Source of the DNA: an uncultured Ruminiclostridium sp.
GTDB taxonomy: Bacteria; Bacillota; Clostridia; Oscillospirales; Ruminococcaceae
NCBI GenBank assembly: GCA_934490165.1
Contig: CAKSTB010000008.1
Span: 3,095 to 67,094 of the forward strand
DNA: 64,000 nt
Reading direction: 5' to 3'
The translations under genes and the position numbers were made by a program. The notes under the pieces are model-generated. The model was not told the origin of the DNA. It did not search any database and was given only the letters and a program-made list of their open reading frames with translations. Positions 8,465-17,052 of this stretch are shown piece by piece (within the stretch, counting starts at the first letter, position 1; every line of letters starts with the position of its first letter).

Positions 8465-9999
8465 TCTACCTTTCCGAACACTTCGGGCATATTGTTCATA
8501 TTACCCTGAAACATATTGTAAATGGCATCTACAGTTGTATTACCGTTGTCGCTGTATATTTCGTCATATGAGCCGAGCAGGATACCGTCCGTGCCTGCAA
8601 ATGCGATATAGGACCAATCTTTTCCGCTATAATATCGCGGAGTGGGAGAGCCGAAAACCTTGTATTTCAGGTCGCCCCAGTATACTTCATCTACAGAGTT
8701 GCCGTTTTGGCTGACATAGCTTGTGTAAAATTTATAGTATTCGTTAGAGAGCGTACTTCCCTCGTGCTTCATTCTCTGCTTACGGTAGAGCGAATGATTC
8801 CAGTCATTGCAAGTAAAGCCTGCTGTCTGCAAAAACTGTGCCATGGTAAAATTGTTATCCTTGTTGTAATTCTTCTTGTAATTCTGAAAATCACTTTGGA
8901 TCATATCCACGAAAGCTGCATTGTTAAGTGCATAAACTTTTACGGTTCTCATATTTCCCTGCCTTGTCGTACTGCGTCTGGAGGCATATGTATAGTGATT
9001 ACTTCCGCTTGTCGGAAAAGCTTTTGAAACATAGAGCTTTGCGGATAACACCTTACCGCTGGCATAATGAAGAACGCTGTTTGTATCCTTACGGTTCTGC
9101 TCCTGTTTATCCAGCTCATTTATCTCTTTTTGCAGGTATTCAAACGCTTTTTCTGCCGCGGCTTTTATTCTCGCCCATCTGTCGCGGTATATTTCTTTCT
9201 GTGTATCGCTTGCGTTTTTGGTTTCGTATGCATTCTGGAACGCATACAGAACAAGTCCTTCCAGCGCCGTTGCCGAAACATACTCGAGAAATTCACGCTT
9301 CGGTGCAAAGGACTGTGTATCGAATGCCCACAGATGCTCATAAGTCACGTTATAGTGGTTCATCAGGGAAAGATTGCCTGTTGTAACATTCGGAAGTGTT
9401 ATTTTCTCAAGCAGAGTCTTTAACTGAAGATAGAGATCGCCCGTAGAGGTCGAAGAGCCGAAAAGAATATGCTCGAGATTGTTCTTATAGAACATTGCTT
9501 CCTCAGCATCTGCCTGTTCCTTTGTATACCCTCCGGACGCTTCCTTGACAGTCATTGCGGAATATCCGGCGTAGATCGGATAAACAGTACCCGAAAAAAC
9601 ATCTACGGTATTGTAAAACTCTATCATCGTGTTCTGAGAAATACGTTTTTCCTGATTTTTAAGGATCTCTACCAGACTGTTCTGGATTTCACCGAGCTTT
9701 TTATTTACTTCCTTTATCTGCTTTGTATAGCTGTCTGTATAGTCGATGCCAAGACAATCAAATACCTGTGCGCAAAGATAATCGCCCACTGTAGGCAGAC
9801 TGTCCTTTACTATTCCCGCTCCCTTTTCGCTGACAAGATTTATCACACTGTCAAAAAGGGACGCTTCCTTTGTGCCTGCCGTCTGTGCGGAAACAGTATC
9901 TCCGCCGCCCGCATTGATCATCATTGTAAATGTGGGAAAAATCATGGTAAGAGCCAGTACAAGCGCAAGTGCGGATCTCATAAAATGACGTTTTAACAT
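8461..9999 (-). CDS. Secreted protein of unknown function, with a helix-rich N-terminal half.
   Basis: I place the start at ATG 9999 (MLKRHFMRSALALVLALTMIFPTFTMMINAGG, a signal peptide), preceded by GGAGGT. The 97-codon upstream extension of the listed ORF is low-complexity and runs into the tRNA promoter region. Confidence 0.7.
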   Translation of the reverse strand: MLKRHFMRSALALVLALTMIFPTFTMMINAGGGDTVSAQTAGTKEASLFDSVINLVSEKGAGIVKDSLPTVGDYLCAQVFDCLGIDYTDSYTKQIKEVNKKLGEIQNSLVEILKNQEKRISQNTMIEFYNTVDVFSGTVYPIYAGYSAMTVKEASGGYTKEQADAEEAMFYKNNLEHILFGSSTSTGDLYLQLKTLLEKITLPNVTTGNLSLMNHYNVTYEHLWAFDTQSFAPKREFLEYVSATALEGLVLYAFQNAYETKNASDTQKEIYRDRWARIKAAAEKAFEYLQKEINELDKQEQNRKDTNSVLHYASGKVLSAKLYVSKAFPTSGSNHYTYASRRSTTRQGNMRTVKVYALNNAAFVDMIQSDFQNYKKNYNKDNNFTMAQFLQTAGFTCNDWNHSLYRKQRMKHEGSTLSNEYYKFYTSYVSQNGNSVDEVYWGDLKYKVFGSPTPRYYSGKDWSYIAFAGTDGILLGSYDEIYSDNGNTTVDAIYNMFQGNMNNMPEVFGKVE

Positions 10000-10255
10000 T
10001 TTTACCTCCTCTGTTTCATTGAATTCGTTTCCCCGATAAAGTAAGGGAGCAACGATATCTTTATATAGCTTTTTCGAGCATAGCAACGCTCGTATCAAGC
10101 TTAACGGTATGGCATTATTATAAAGAATTCTCCGCAAGAAGTCAATATAAAACGCATAAACAGCGATATAGAGGAACGAAAGCACGAAAAACTTGCATAT
10201 GAAACACGATATGTTTTGTTCAAAACCGAAAATATAAAATTGTAAATTTTTGTGC

Positions 10256-10284
10256 TTGACAAAACCACAACATTCTGATATAAT
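10256..10284 (+). promoter_or_regulatory. Consensus sigma70-type promoter for tRNA-Leu copy 1.
   Basis: TTGACA (10256-10261), 17-nt spacer, TATAAT (10279-10284), 14 nt upstream of the tRNA 5' end. Confidence 0.65.
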
Positions 10285-10290
10285 AAACAA

Positions 10291-10466
10291 GCTGATTTGC
10301 GGGGATGCTGGAATCGGCAGACAGGCAAGCTTGAGGTGCTTGTGTCAGTATTGGCGTGTGGGTTCAAGTCCCATTTCCCGCACCACGAAAAAGCCACATT
10401 TGTCTTTAGACGAATGTGGCTTTTTCAATTAAATCCGTCCTACTGACGGAATAAATCTTCCTTACG
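10291..10466. repeat. Inverted-repeat arm 1: tRNA-Leu plus its terminator plus about 80 nt of downstream flank. Its partner is at 40775-40950.
   Basis: By-eye alignment to the reverse complement of 40775-40950. The 87-nt tRNA is identical. The flank differs by one substitution and two 1-nt indels within the terminator hairpin and by about 2 changes further downstream. Confidence 0.9.
10299..10385 (+). tRNA. tRNA-Leu (anticodon GAG), class II, with encoded CCA.
   Basis: Acceptor stem GCGGGGA/TTCCCGC (one G-U). D stem CTG/CAG. Anticodon stem CAAGC/GCTTG with loop TTGAGGT. Long variable arm. T arm GTGGG-TTCAAGT-CCCAT. Discriminator A plus CCA. Confidence 0.9.
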
Positions 10467-10598
10467 AAAGATGAAATCACTTTGTGATGAGATCTGCCTT
10501 TTGGCAGGAGAAAGACGGATTTGATTTTCAAGTACCATTATTCACATATAAGAGAAAACGGACAACGGCAAGTATCAACTTACCATTGTCAGTTTATA

Positions 10599-11768
10599 TT
10601 ACTTATTTGCGATATACCCGTTAATTCCTTTTTTCAGCCTTTCAAGGCCGTCATTCAGCACCGAATGCGGGCAAGCAATATTAAGTCTTAAGAACAGATT
10701 TCCGTTACCTCTGTATGCCGCTCCCGCCGAAAGATACAACCCTGTTTCTTTTCTTATGAAGGAGGCGAGTTCCTTGCTGTTATCTGTTAATGCCGATACA
10801 TCGAGCCACATAAGATAGGTAGCATCGCTGTGCAGTGCTTTCACCTGCGGGATATTCTCTTCCAGAAAGCGGTACACAGTTTGCTTGCTTTCCGACAGAT
10901 ATTCATTCAGACTGTCGAGCCACTCGCCGCCGTCCGTCAGTGCCGCAATTGCCGCCGTCATCGCAAATACATTGGGCTCGGCGCATTCATCGGTATTTAT
11001 CGCTCTCCACACCTTGTGGCGAAGTCTTGGCGACGGAACGCTTATTGCCGCCGTCTGAAGTCCGGCTATATTAAACGCCTTTGTCGGAGAGATAAGCGTT
11101 ATACTGTTATCTCTGCATTCGTCATTTATGCTTGCAAACGGAACATATCGCTTTCCGGGCTCGGTAATGTCGCAGTGTATCTCATCGGATATAACCGTAA
11201 CGCCGTACCTTATGCACAGCTCCCCGACCTTTTCAAGCTCTTCCCTGCTCCATATTCTGCCCGACGGATTTTGCGGATTGCAAAGTATCATAAGCGTTGT
11301 CTGAGGATCGGCAAGTTTTTGCTCAAGATCGTCATAATCCATACAGTAATTGCCGCTTTCATATACAAGTTTATTGTCCAGAACCTGTCTGCCGTTGTTC
11401 TCAATACAGTTGCAGAAAATATTGTATACCGGTGTTTGTACCACTACCTTTTCGGCAGGAGTGGTAATTTTTCTCACAATTGATGATATGGCAGGGATCA
11501 CGCCGGTGCAGAACATCAACCAGTCTTTATGAAGCTCTATTCCGTGACGTGACTTCCACCATGATATATATGCGTCGTACCACTCATCGGGTATTATCGT
11601 GTAGCCGAATATTCCGTGCTTTGCCCGCTGCTCTACTGCCGAGGTGATACACGGCGCGGTTTTAAAATCCATATCAGCCACCCACATAGGCAGCTCACCG
11701 TCTTTGATATCCCACTTGAGCGAATATGTGCCCGAGCGGTCGTTTATCTCATCAAAATCAAATTCCAT
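10599..11768 (-). CDS. MalY/PatB-family PLP-dependent C-S lyase (cystathionine beta-lyase-like aminotransferase class I/II).
   Basis: N-terminus MEFDFDEINDRSGTYSLKWD is typical of the family. The PLP-lysine motif SPTKAFNIAGLQ is present. 389 aa. Confidence 0.85.
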   Translation of the reverse strand: MEFDFDEINDRSGTYSLKWDIKDGELPMWVADMDFKTAPCITSAVEQRAKHGIFGYTIIPDEWYDAYISWWKSRHGIELHKDWLMFCTGVIPAISSIVRKITTPAEKVVVQTPVYNIFCNCIENNGRQVLDNKLVYESGNYCMDYDDLEQKLADPQTTLMILCNPQNPSGRIWSREELEKVGELCIRYGVTVISDEIHCDITEPGKRYVPFASINDECRDNSITLISPTKAFNIAGLQTAAISVPSPRLRHKVWRAINTDECAEPNVFAMTAAIAALTDGGEWLDSLNEYLSESKQTVYRFLEENIPQVKALHSDATYLMWLDVSALTDNSKELASFIRKETGLYLSAGAAYRGNGNLFLRLNIACPHSVLNDGLERLKKGINGYIANK

Positions 11769-11841
11769 AACATAATCCTTTCATACATTTCTACCCGCAT
11801 TATAAGCCGCATCAAGCGCATAATGTACCTTTATTGCGCTC

Positions 11842-12714
11842 TTACGCACAGCCCTTTGAGCCTTTGCCGCCGCAGTTATCACGGCATATTATTGTTGTTT
11901 TTGACGGATCGACCTTGTCCGGTTCTATCGTCAATTCACCTATCGAGTCGGCTGTAATCCTGCCCTGAGAGGGATTGAGCACGCTGTCTACACTACCCGT
12001 TATGTCCGCATTTACGGACGAATACTCAAATGCGAGCGTAGTATTGAGCAGCTTGCAGTTTTTCAGCGTCAGGTGCTCAATGTAGCACAGTCCCTGCAGG
12101 CTTTCGATCGTACAGTCGATAAGCGTCAGGTTTTCGGCATTCCAACCGAGATATTCTCCCGAAATAAACGAATTTCTAACGGTCACGTTTTTGCTGTTCC
12201 AGAATGCGTCCTTGCTGAGAAGCTTTGAATTGCTTATCACCACGTTCTCCGCACCGTCAAAGCAATAGTTTCCGTACAGTGTAAGTCCGTCTATTCGCAT
12301 ATTCTTGCAGTTCATCGCAAAGTAATCGCCTTTTGCCGAAACCTTGTCGAGCCTTACATTATTGCAGTTCCAAAGCGTTTCTGCGGCATTTGCAAACGAT
12401 ACGTTTTCAAGCGTAAGTCCGTTGCAACGGCGGAAGTTTTTCGGAGCTTCGATAAGGCAGTCACTGACCTTTATATCATCTGTGTACCACACGCCTGCCC
12501 TTGCATTCTCAAACCACGTCGTATTGCTTACAGCGATATGCTTTGAATACCACAGCGGGTACTTCCAGCGGAACATACTGCCGTCAAGCTCTATATTTCT
12601 GCACTCTTTGAGCGGTGATTCGCCGTCGGCAAATATCGAATCCTTTATCGAAAGGTCGCACGAGCCGAACAGCGCGCGCTCACCGGTAAAATAACCGCGT
12701 TCAATATTTTTCAT
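11842..12714 (-). CDS. Right-handed beta-helix repeat protein. From memory it resembles the DUF3737 family.
   Basis: 290 aa with a repetitive ~22-aa pattern rich in N/C/L/F (NVSFANAAETLWNCNNVRLDKVSAKGDYFAMNCKNMRIDGL...). The family label is recalled, not searched. Confidence 0.6.
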   Translation of the reverse strand: MKNIERGYFTGERALFGSCDLSIKDSIFADGESPLKECRNIELDGSMFRWKYPLWYSKHIAVSNTTWFENARAGVWYTDDIKVSDCLIEAPKNFRRCNGLTLENVSFANAAETLWNCNNVRLDKVSAKGDYFAMNCKNMRIDGLTLYGNYCFDGAENVVISNSKLLSKDAFWNSKNVTVRNSFISGEYLGWNAENLTLIDCTIESLQGLCYIEHLTLKNCKLLNTTLAFEYSSVNADITGSVDSVLNPSQGRITADSIGELTIEPDKVDPSKTTIICRDNCGGKGSKGCA

Positions 12715-12745
12715 ATCGGCACCTCTTTTCTTTCTGTCCTTCTGT

Positions 12746-12776
12746 ATTGTATCACATGGAGTTCACTCCAAGTCAA
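12746..12776 (-). promoter_or_regulatory. MerR-type promoter/operator, copy 1, reading leftward into 11842-12714.
   Basis: On the minus strand: TTGACT (12776-12771), a 19-nt spacer containing the dyad TGGAGT-GA-ACTCCA (12757-12770), then TACAAT (12751-12746). About 31 nt separate the -10 from the ATG at 12714. A near-identical copy sits at 48379-48409. Confidence 0.6.
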
Positions 12777-12848
12777 GAGGTTTTGCGAAAAAAGTCGGAA
12801 TATTTACGAAAATCTTATCCGAAAGCGCATAAAAACATAAAATTTTGC

Positions 12849-12877
12849 TTGACAAACCCAGCTCTTTGTGCTACAAT
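12849..12877 (+). promoter_or_regulatory. Sigma70-type promoter of ssrA.
   Basis: TTGACA (12849-12854), 17-nt spacer, TACAAT (12872-12877), 14 nt upstream of the tmRNA 5' end. Confidence 0.65.
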
Positions 12878-12891
12878 AATTATCCAAACAA

Positions 12892-13242
12892 GGGGCCGTA
12901 AAGGTTTCGACGGGGGTTGTGAACCCGGCTAAGCACGCAGAGATCGCCTTATCTCTTTAAACGGGGCATTTTTAAAATTAAACGCAGACAATAGATCTGA
13001 ATTAGTAGCTGCCTAAGTGCGCTACCGTCCTTGTAGAGAGCGCTGTGGCTCTATAAAGGGCGTCGACTAACAGCCAATGTTTTCGGTGAGAGTCCTGTAA
13101 CCGTCAACACATCAAAGGACTACCGGACTTCTATCCTGTGAGTCGGAGCGGAGAAAGGGAATTTCAAAAGACTTCACTAAGCGTGTAGAAAGGTTGGCGG
13201 ATCGGTTTTCGGACAGGAGTTCGATTCTCCTCGGCTCCACCA
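12892..13242 (+). ncRNA. ssrA: tmRNA (transfer-messenger RNA).
   Basis: The 5' end is GGGGCCGTAAAGGTTTCGACGGGGG. The 3' end is GGACAGGAGTTCGATTCTCCTCGGCTCCACCA, a tRNA-Ala-like T arm and acceptor. The internal tag frame is GCA GAC AAT AGA TCT GAA TTA GTA GCT GCC TAA (12984-13016), giving ADNRSELVAA. A terminator hairpin and T-run follow. Confidence 0.9.
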
Positions 13243-13288
13243 TTTTTTCCACGCTCATATATATGGGTGTGGAATTTTTTGTGTACGG
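13229..13288 (+). repeat. Direct repeat copy 1 (attL-like): the last 14 nt of ssrA plus its terminator region.
   Basis: CCTCGGCTCCACCATTTTTTCCACGCTCATATATATGGGTGTGGAATTTTTTG recurs, with a few changes, at 14091-14152. Confidence 0.8.
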
Positions 13289-13468
13289 TAGTACAAAACG
13301 CATAAAATTATCCGACATTTTCCGTACCTGTCAGCACTGCCCTGACACCGTCATAATTATAGTATAATCACCTTTGACTTTTAATTCCCGATATGCTATA
13401 CTGGTTTTGATAACAGAATTTTTTCAGGCTAAAGATTTAATTTTCACGCATCAAGGAGAAAGCATTAA

Positions 13469-13942
13469 ATGAAACTATTATTTAAGCAAAGATTATTCTC
13501 GTGGTTTGACAGCTACGACATTTATGATGAAGCCGGAAATACTGCGTTCGTTGTAAAAGGTGAGCTTGCATGGGGACACCTGCTCCGTATTTATAACACC
13601 AACGGAAAAGAGGTTGGGTATATTAAGGAAAAGGTGTTTACCTGGCTTCCGAAGTTTGAGATGTATGTTGACTCTCGATATGTTGGTTGCATCAGCAAAG
13701 AGTTTACATTCATAAGACCCAGATTCAACATTGATTATAACGGCTGGAATATAGACGGCGACTGGCTTGAGTGGGACTATACGATCCGTAACTCTGCCGG
13801 TCATTACATAGCCTCTGTATCCAAAGAAATCTGGAACTGGACAGATACCTATGTGCTTGACGTACAAGACCCGCAGGACGCATTGTATGTTTTGATGTTG
13901 GTTCTTGCCATCGATGCGGAAAAATGCTCAAGAAACAACTGA
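13469..13942 (+). CDS. LURP-one-related (LOR / tubby-C-like, DUF567) family protein.
   Basis: 157 aa starting MKLLFKQRLFSWFDSYDIYDEAGNTAFVVKGEL..., a pattern I recall for the LOR/YxjI-like family. SD AAGGAGA is upstream. Confidence 0.7.
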   Translation: MKLLFKQRLFSWFDSYDIYDEAGNTAFVVKGELAWGHLLRIYNTNGKEVGYIKEKVFTWLPKFEMYVDSRYVGCISKEFTFIRPRFNIDYNGWNIDGDWLEWDYTIRNSAGHYIASVSKEIWNWTDTYVLDVQDPQDALYVLMLVLAIDAEKCSRNN

Positions 13943-14090
13943 ATTTATTATAAACAAATCACAATTATCTAATTTATTTCAGCGATGAACGACTTTTATT
14001 GCTTTTGTAAACGAGCTAAAATCAGTTAATGCAGTATCAGCAGATTTTTATTGCAAATCGGGTGATTTTCGAAAAAACGTAGTATCCATA

Positions 14091-14152
14091 CCTCGGCTCC
14101 ACCATTTTTTTCACACTCATATATTATATATGGGCGTTGATTTTTTGCGTAT
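14091..14152 (+). repeat. Direct repeat copy 2 (attR-like) of the ssrA 3' end.
   Basis: CCTCGGCTCCACCATTTTTTTCACACTCATATATTATATATGGGCGTTGATTTTTTG. The first 14 nt are identical to the tmRNA 3' terminus. Confidence 0.8.
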
Positions 14153-14499
14153 AATTACGGATATTTTCTCTCGCCGCATTGTGCGGCTTTTCCTTTTACC
14201 GACAGCCGATATTCCGCATAACAGAGCCATTCGGTTAGTTTAGAATAACCATTTTCTTCTTGACTGCGACTTACTGCCGTGCTATACTTATATCAAGCGA
14301 TTAGCTATATCTAACAGCTGTATTATTTTTACATCTTATGACATCTGCATTGCCTTGAAGATTTTAAATACCTGTCGTTTTTACGACAGGTCATATTTAA
14401 GCTCGCAAAACCGCATTTTCCGACATAATATTACATTTTCGGCAAACGCAATATGCAGACACATTAACATACAAATTATGTCACGGAGGACTTGTCACG

Positions 14500-16881
14500 A
14501 TGACAATGGACGAATTAAAGCCGGGAGAAAGCGCCTATATCAAAACGGTAGGCGGCACCGGTGCTTTACGACATCATCTGCTTGATATGGGACTTACTCC
14601 CGATGCAGAGATAACATTACAGAAAGTAGCCCCGATGGGTGATCCTGTGCAGTTTGAGGTGCGTGGCTATGAACTTACACTGCGCCTTGAAGAAGCAAGA
14701 AAGGTAACTGTCTGCGATGTGCATAAAAAAGACAGTCCCCTGCGGATGTCAGCTGAACGTCACAATAACACCCCGCACCCCGGTGTCGGCGAACTCGCCC
14801 AATATGAGAAGCTTAAGCTGAAGCACGGCGTAGTCCTTGCTAAAGGCGCACCGCTTACTTTTGCTCTTGCGGGAAATCAGAACTGCGGTAAAACCACCCT
14901 GTTCAATCAGCTGACAGGCTCAAACCAGCACGTCGGCAACTTCCCCGGAGTAACAGTCGACCGCAAGGACGGAACTATCAGAAATCACCCTGAAGCGACA
15001 GTTACGGATCTTCCCGGTATATATTCCCTGTCACCGTATTCAAGCGAAGAGATCGTGACCCGCGACTTTCTGCTTAATAACAACCTCAGCGGAATTATAA
15101 ACATAGTGGACGCATCGAATATCGAACGAAACCTGTACCTCACTATGCAATTGATGGAGCTCGGTATTCCTATGGTGCTTGCCCTCAATATGATGGACGA
15201 GGTAAAAGCAAACGGCGGTTCAATCCGCGTAAACGACCTGGAACGTATACTCGGCATACCCGTTGTTCCTATTTCGGCAGTCAAAAACGAGGGTATTGAC
15301 GAGCTTATCGACCATGCAATACATATCGCAAGATACGGTGAAAAACCTGCCCGTATGGATTTCTGCTCAGACAGTGACGATCCTCACGACCCTGTTGCCG
15401 CAGTACACCGCTGTATTCATTCTGCCGCAACGCTTCTCGAACCCGATATCAGGGCGGCAGGACTACCCGTAAGGTTTGCCACAACAAAACTCGTTGAAAG
15501 CGATGAGCTGATAAAGGAAAAAATCACGATCCCCGAAGAAAAGCATGACGCTTTCGACCACCTTGTTTCCATTATGCAACAGGAAACAGGCATGGACAGA
15601 GAGGCTGCACTTGCAAATATGCGCTTCACGTTCCTTGAAAAGCTGTGCCGTGAAACTGTAGTACGTCCTCACGAAAGTAAGGAGCATAAACGCAGTATGG
15701 CGATAGACCGCCTGCTGACAGGTAAATATACCGCTGTTCCCTGCTTTTTAGGCATAATCGCACTGGTTTTCTTCCTGACTTTCTCGGTGATCGGCGCGGC
15801 ACTGTCCGACCTTATGCAACTCGGAATAGATTATCTTACCGGGCTTATCGACAACGGGCTTACCTATCTTGAGATAAACCCCGTTGTACACTCGCTTGTC
15901 GTGGACGGAATATGTGCCGGTGTAGGCAGTGTGCTCAGCTTCCTGCCCACTATAGTAACGCTGTTCTTCTTCCTGTCTATCCTCGAGGATACGGGCTATA
16001 TGGCAAGAGTTGCGTTTGTAATGGACAGACCGCTGAGAAAGCTCGGTCTGTCGGGAAGAAGCTTTGTACCAATGCTGATGGGATTTGGCTGTTCAGTACC
16101 TGCAATAATGGCTACAAGAACATTGTCAAGCGAACGTGACCGTAAGATGACGATACTACTTACTCCGTTCATGAGCTGTTCGGCAAAGATACTCATATAT
16201 ACAACGATCGCGGGTGCGTTCTTTGAGCCGCAGTACCGCTGGCTTGTACTTGTCGGACTGTATCTGTTCGGAATAATCTGCGGTATCCTCTACTCGCTTA
16301 TACTGAAAGTAACCGCATTTCACGGCGAGCCTGTACCTTTTGTAATGGAACTGCCTAACTACCGTCTGCCCGGTGCAAAAAGCGTCTGTCAGCTGATATG
16401 GGAAAAGGCAAAGGACTTTATACAAAAAGCATTTACTGTGATCTTTGCCGCTTCTATCGTTATATGGTTTTTGCAAACATTTGATATCAGACTCAATGTT
16501 GCCGACAGCACCGAAAACAGCCTGCTTGCAATGCTTGGCAGTCTGTTCGCCCCGATATTCGCACCGCTGGGCTTTGGCGACTGGAGAGCGTCGACCGCAC
16601 TCATCACCGGTCTTACCGCAAAGGAAAGCGTTGTTTCCACCCTTACTCTGTTGCTCGGTGGAGATGTTTCACAGATACAGACGCTTTTCACGCCGTTCAC
16701 GGCTGTCGTGTTCCTCGTATTTACTCTGCTGTACACCCCGTGCGTTGCCGCTATAGCAACAGTAAAGCGTGAACTCGGAAGTGTACGTTCTGCCGCAGCA
16801 ACAGTGTTTATGCAGTGTGCTATTGCGTGGATAATGGCGCTTCTTGTACGCTGTGTCGGAATGATTTTCGGTGTTGCATAA
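14500..16881 (+). CDS. feoB: Ferrous iron transporter, FeoA-FeoB fusion.
   Basis: The N-terminal ~75 aa are FeoA-like (LKPGESAYIKTVGG...LLDMGLTPDAEITL). The G-domain has GNQNCGKTTLFNQLTG and DLPGIYSL. A polytopic C-terminal permease follows. 793 aa. Confidence 0.92.
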   Translation: MTMDELKPGESAYIKTVGGTGALRHHLLDMGLTPDAEITLQKVAPMGDPVQFEVRGYELTLRLEEARKVTVCDVHKKDSPLRMSAERHNNTPHPGVGELAQYEKLKLKHGVVLAKGAPLTFALAGNQNCGKTTLFNQLTGSNQHVGNFPGVTVDRKDGTIRNHPEATVTDLPGIYSLSPYSSEEIVTRDFLLNNNLSGIINIVDASNIERNLYLTMQLMELGIPMVLALNMMDEVKANGGSIRVNDLERILGIPVVPISAVKNEGIDELIDHAIHIARYGEKPARMDFCSDSDDPHDPVAAVHRCIHSAATLLEPDIRAAGLPVRFATTKLVESDELIKEKITIPEEKHDAFDHLVSIMQQETGMDREAALANMRFTFLEKLCRETVVRPHESKEHKRSMAIDRLLTGKYTAVPCFLGIIALVFFLTFSVIGAALSDLMQLGIDYLTGLIDNGLTYLEINPVVHSLVVDGICAGVGSVLSFLPTIVTLFFFLSILEDTGYMARVAFVMDRPLRKLGLSGRSFVPMLMGFGCSVPAIMATRTLSSERDRKMTILLTPFMSCSAKILIYTTIAGAFFEPQYRWLVLVGLYLFGIICGILYSLILKVTAFHGEPVPFVMELPNYRLPGAKSVCQLIWEKAKDFIQKAFTVIFAASIVIWFLQTFDIRLNVADSTENSLLAMLGSLFAPIFAPLGFGDWRASTALITGLTAKESVVSTLTLLLGGDVSQIQTLFTPFTAVVFLVFTLLYTPCVAAIATVKRELGSVRSAAATVFMQCAIAWIMALLVRCVGMIFGVA

Positions 16882-16890
16882 GGTGAAATT

Positions 16891-17052
16891 ATGGATGAGA
16901 TGAATATACCGAGCATTATTCTGCTTGCGCTGATAGTGATCGCTCTCGTGCTTGTGATCATACATATTATAAGAAACGGCGGTTGCTCCGGCGACTGTTC
17001 GGCGTGCAAGGGCTGTAATAATTGCAAAAAAGGCAGAAAAGGCAAAAAGTAA
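16891..17052 (+). CDS. FeoB-associated Cys-rich small membrane protein (53 aa). It is not in the supplied ORF track.
   Basis: ATG lies 10 nt after the feoB stop, preceded by AAGGTGA. Translation: MDEMNIPSIILLALIVIALVLVIIHIIRNGGCSGDCSACKGCNNCKKGRKGKK, one TM helix plus a CxxxCxxCxxC tail. This matches the family I recall immediately downstream of feoB in Firmicutes. Confidence 0.75.
   Translation: MDEMNIPSIILLALIVIALVLVIIHIIRNGGCSGDCSACKGCNNCKKGRKGKK

Noticed and set aside
9999-10290. N-terminal 97-codon extension of ORF 8461-10290.
   Set aside because: The extension has no SD and an odd composition, and it runs over the tRNA-Leu promoter. ATG 9999 has GGAGGT upstream and begins a classic signal peptide.
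12747-12932. ORFs 12747-12932 (+) and 48229-48462 (-), which share the peptide YHMEFTPSQE.
   Set aside because: The shared peptide is simply the translation of the duplicated promoter/operator DNA. One of the ORFs also overlaps the start of ssrA. They have no SD and no coding-like extension.
13112-13318. ORF antisense to tmRNA.
   Set aside because: It lies within ssrA on the opposite strand and is spurious.
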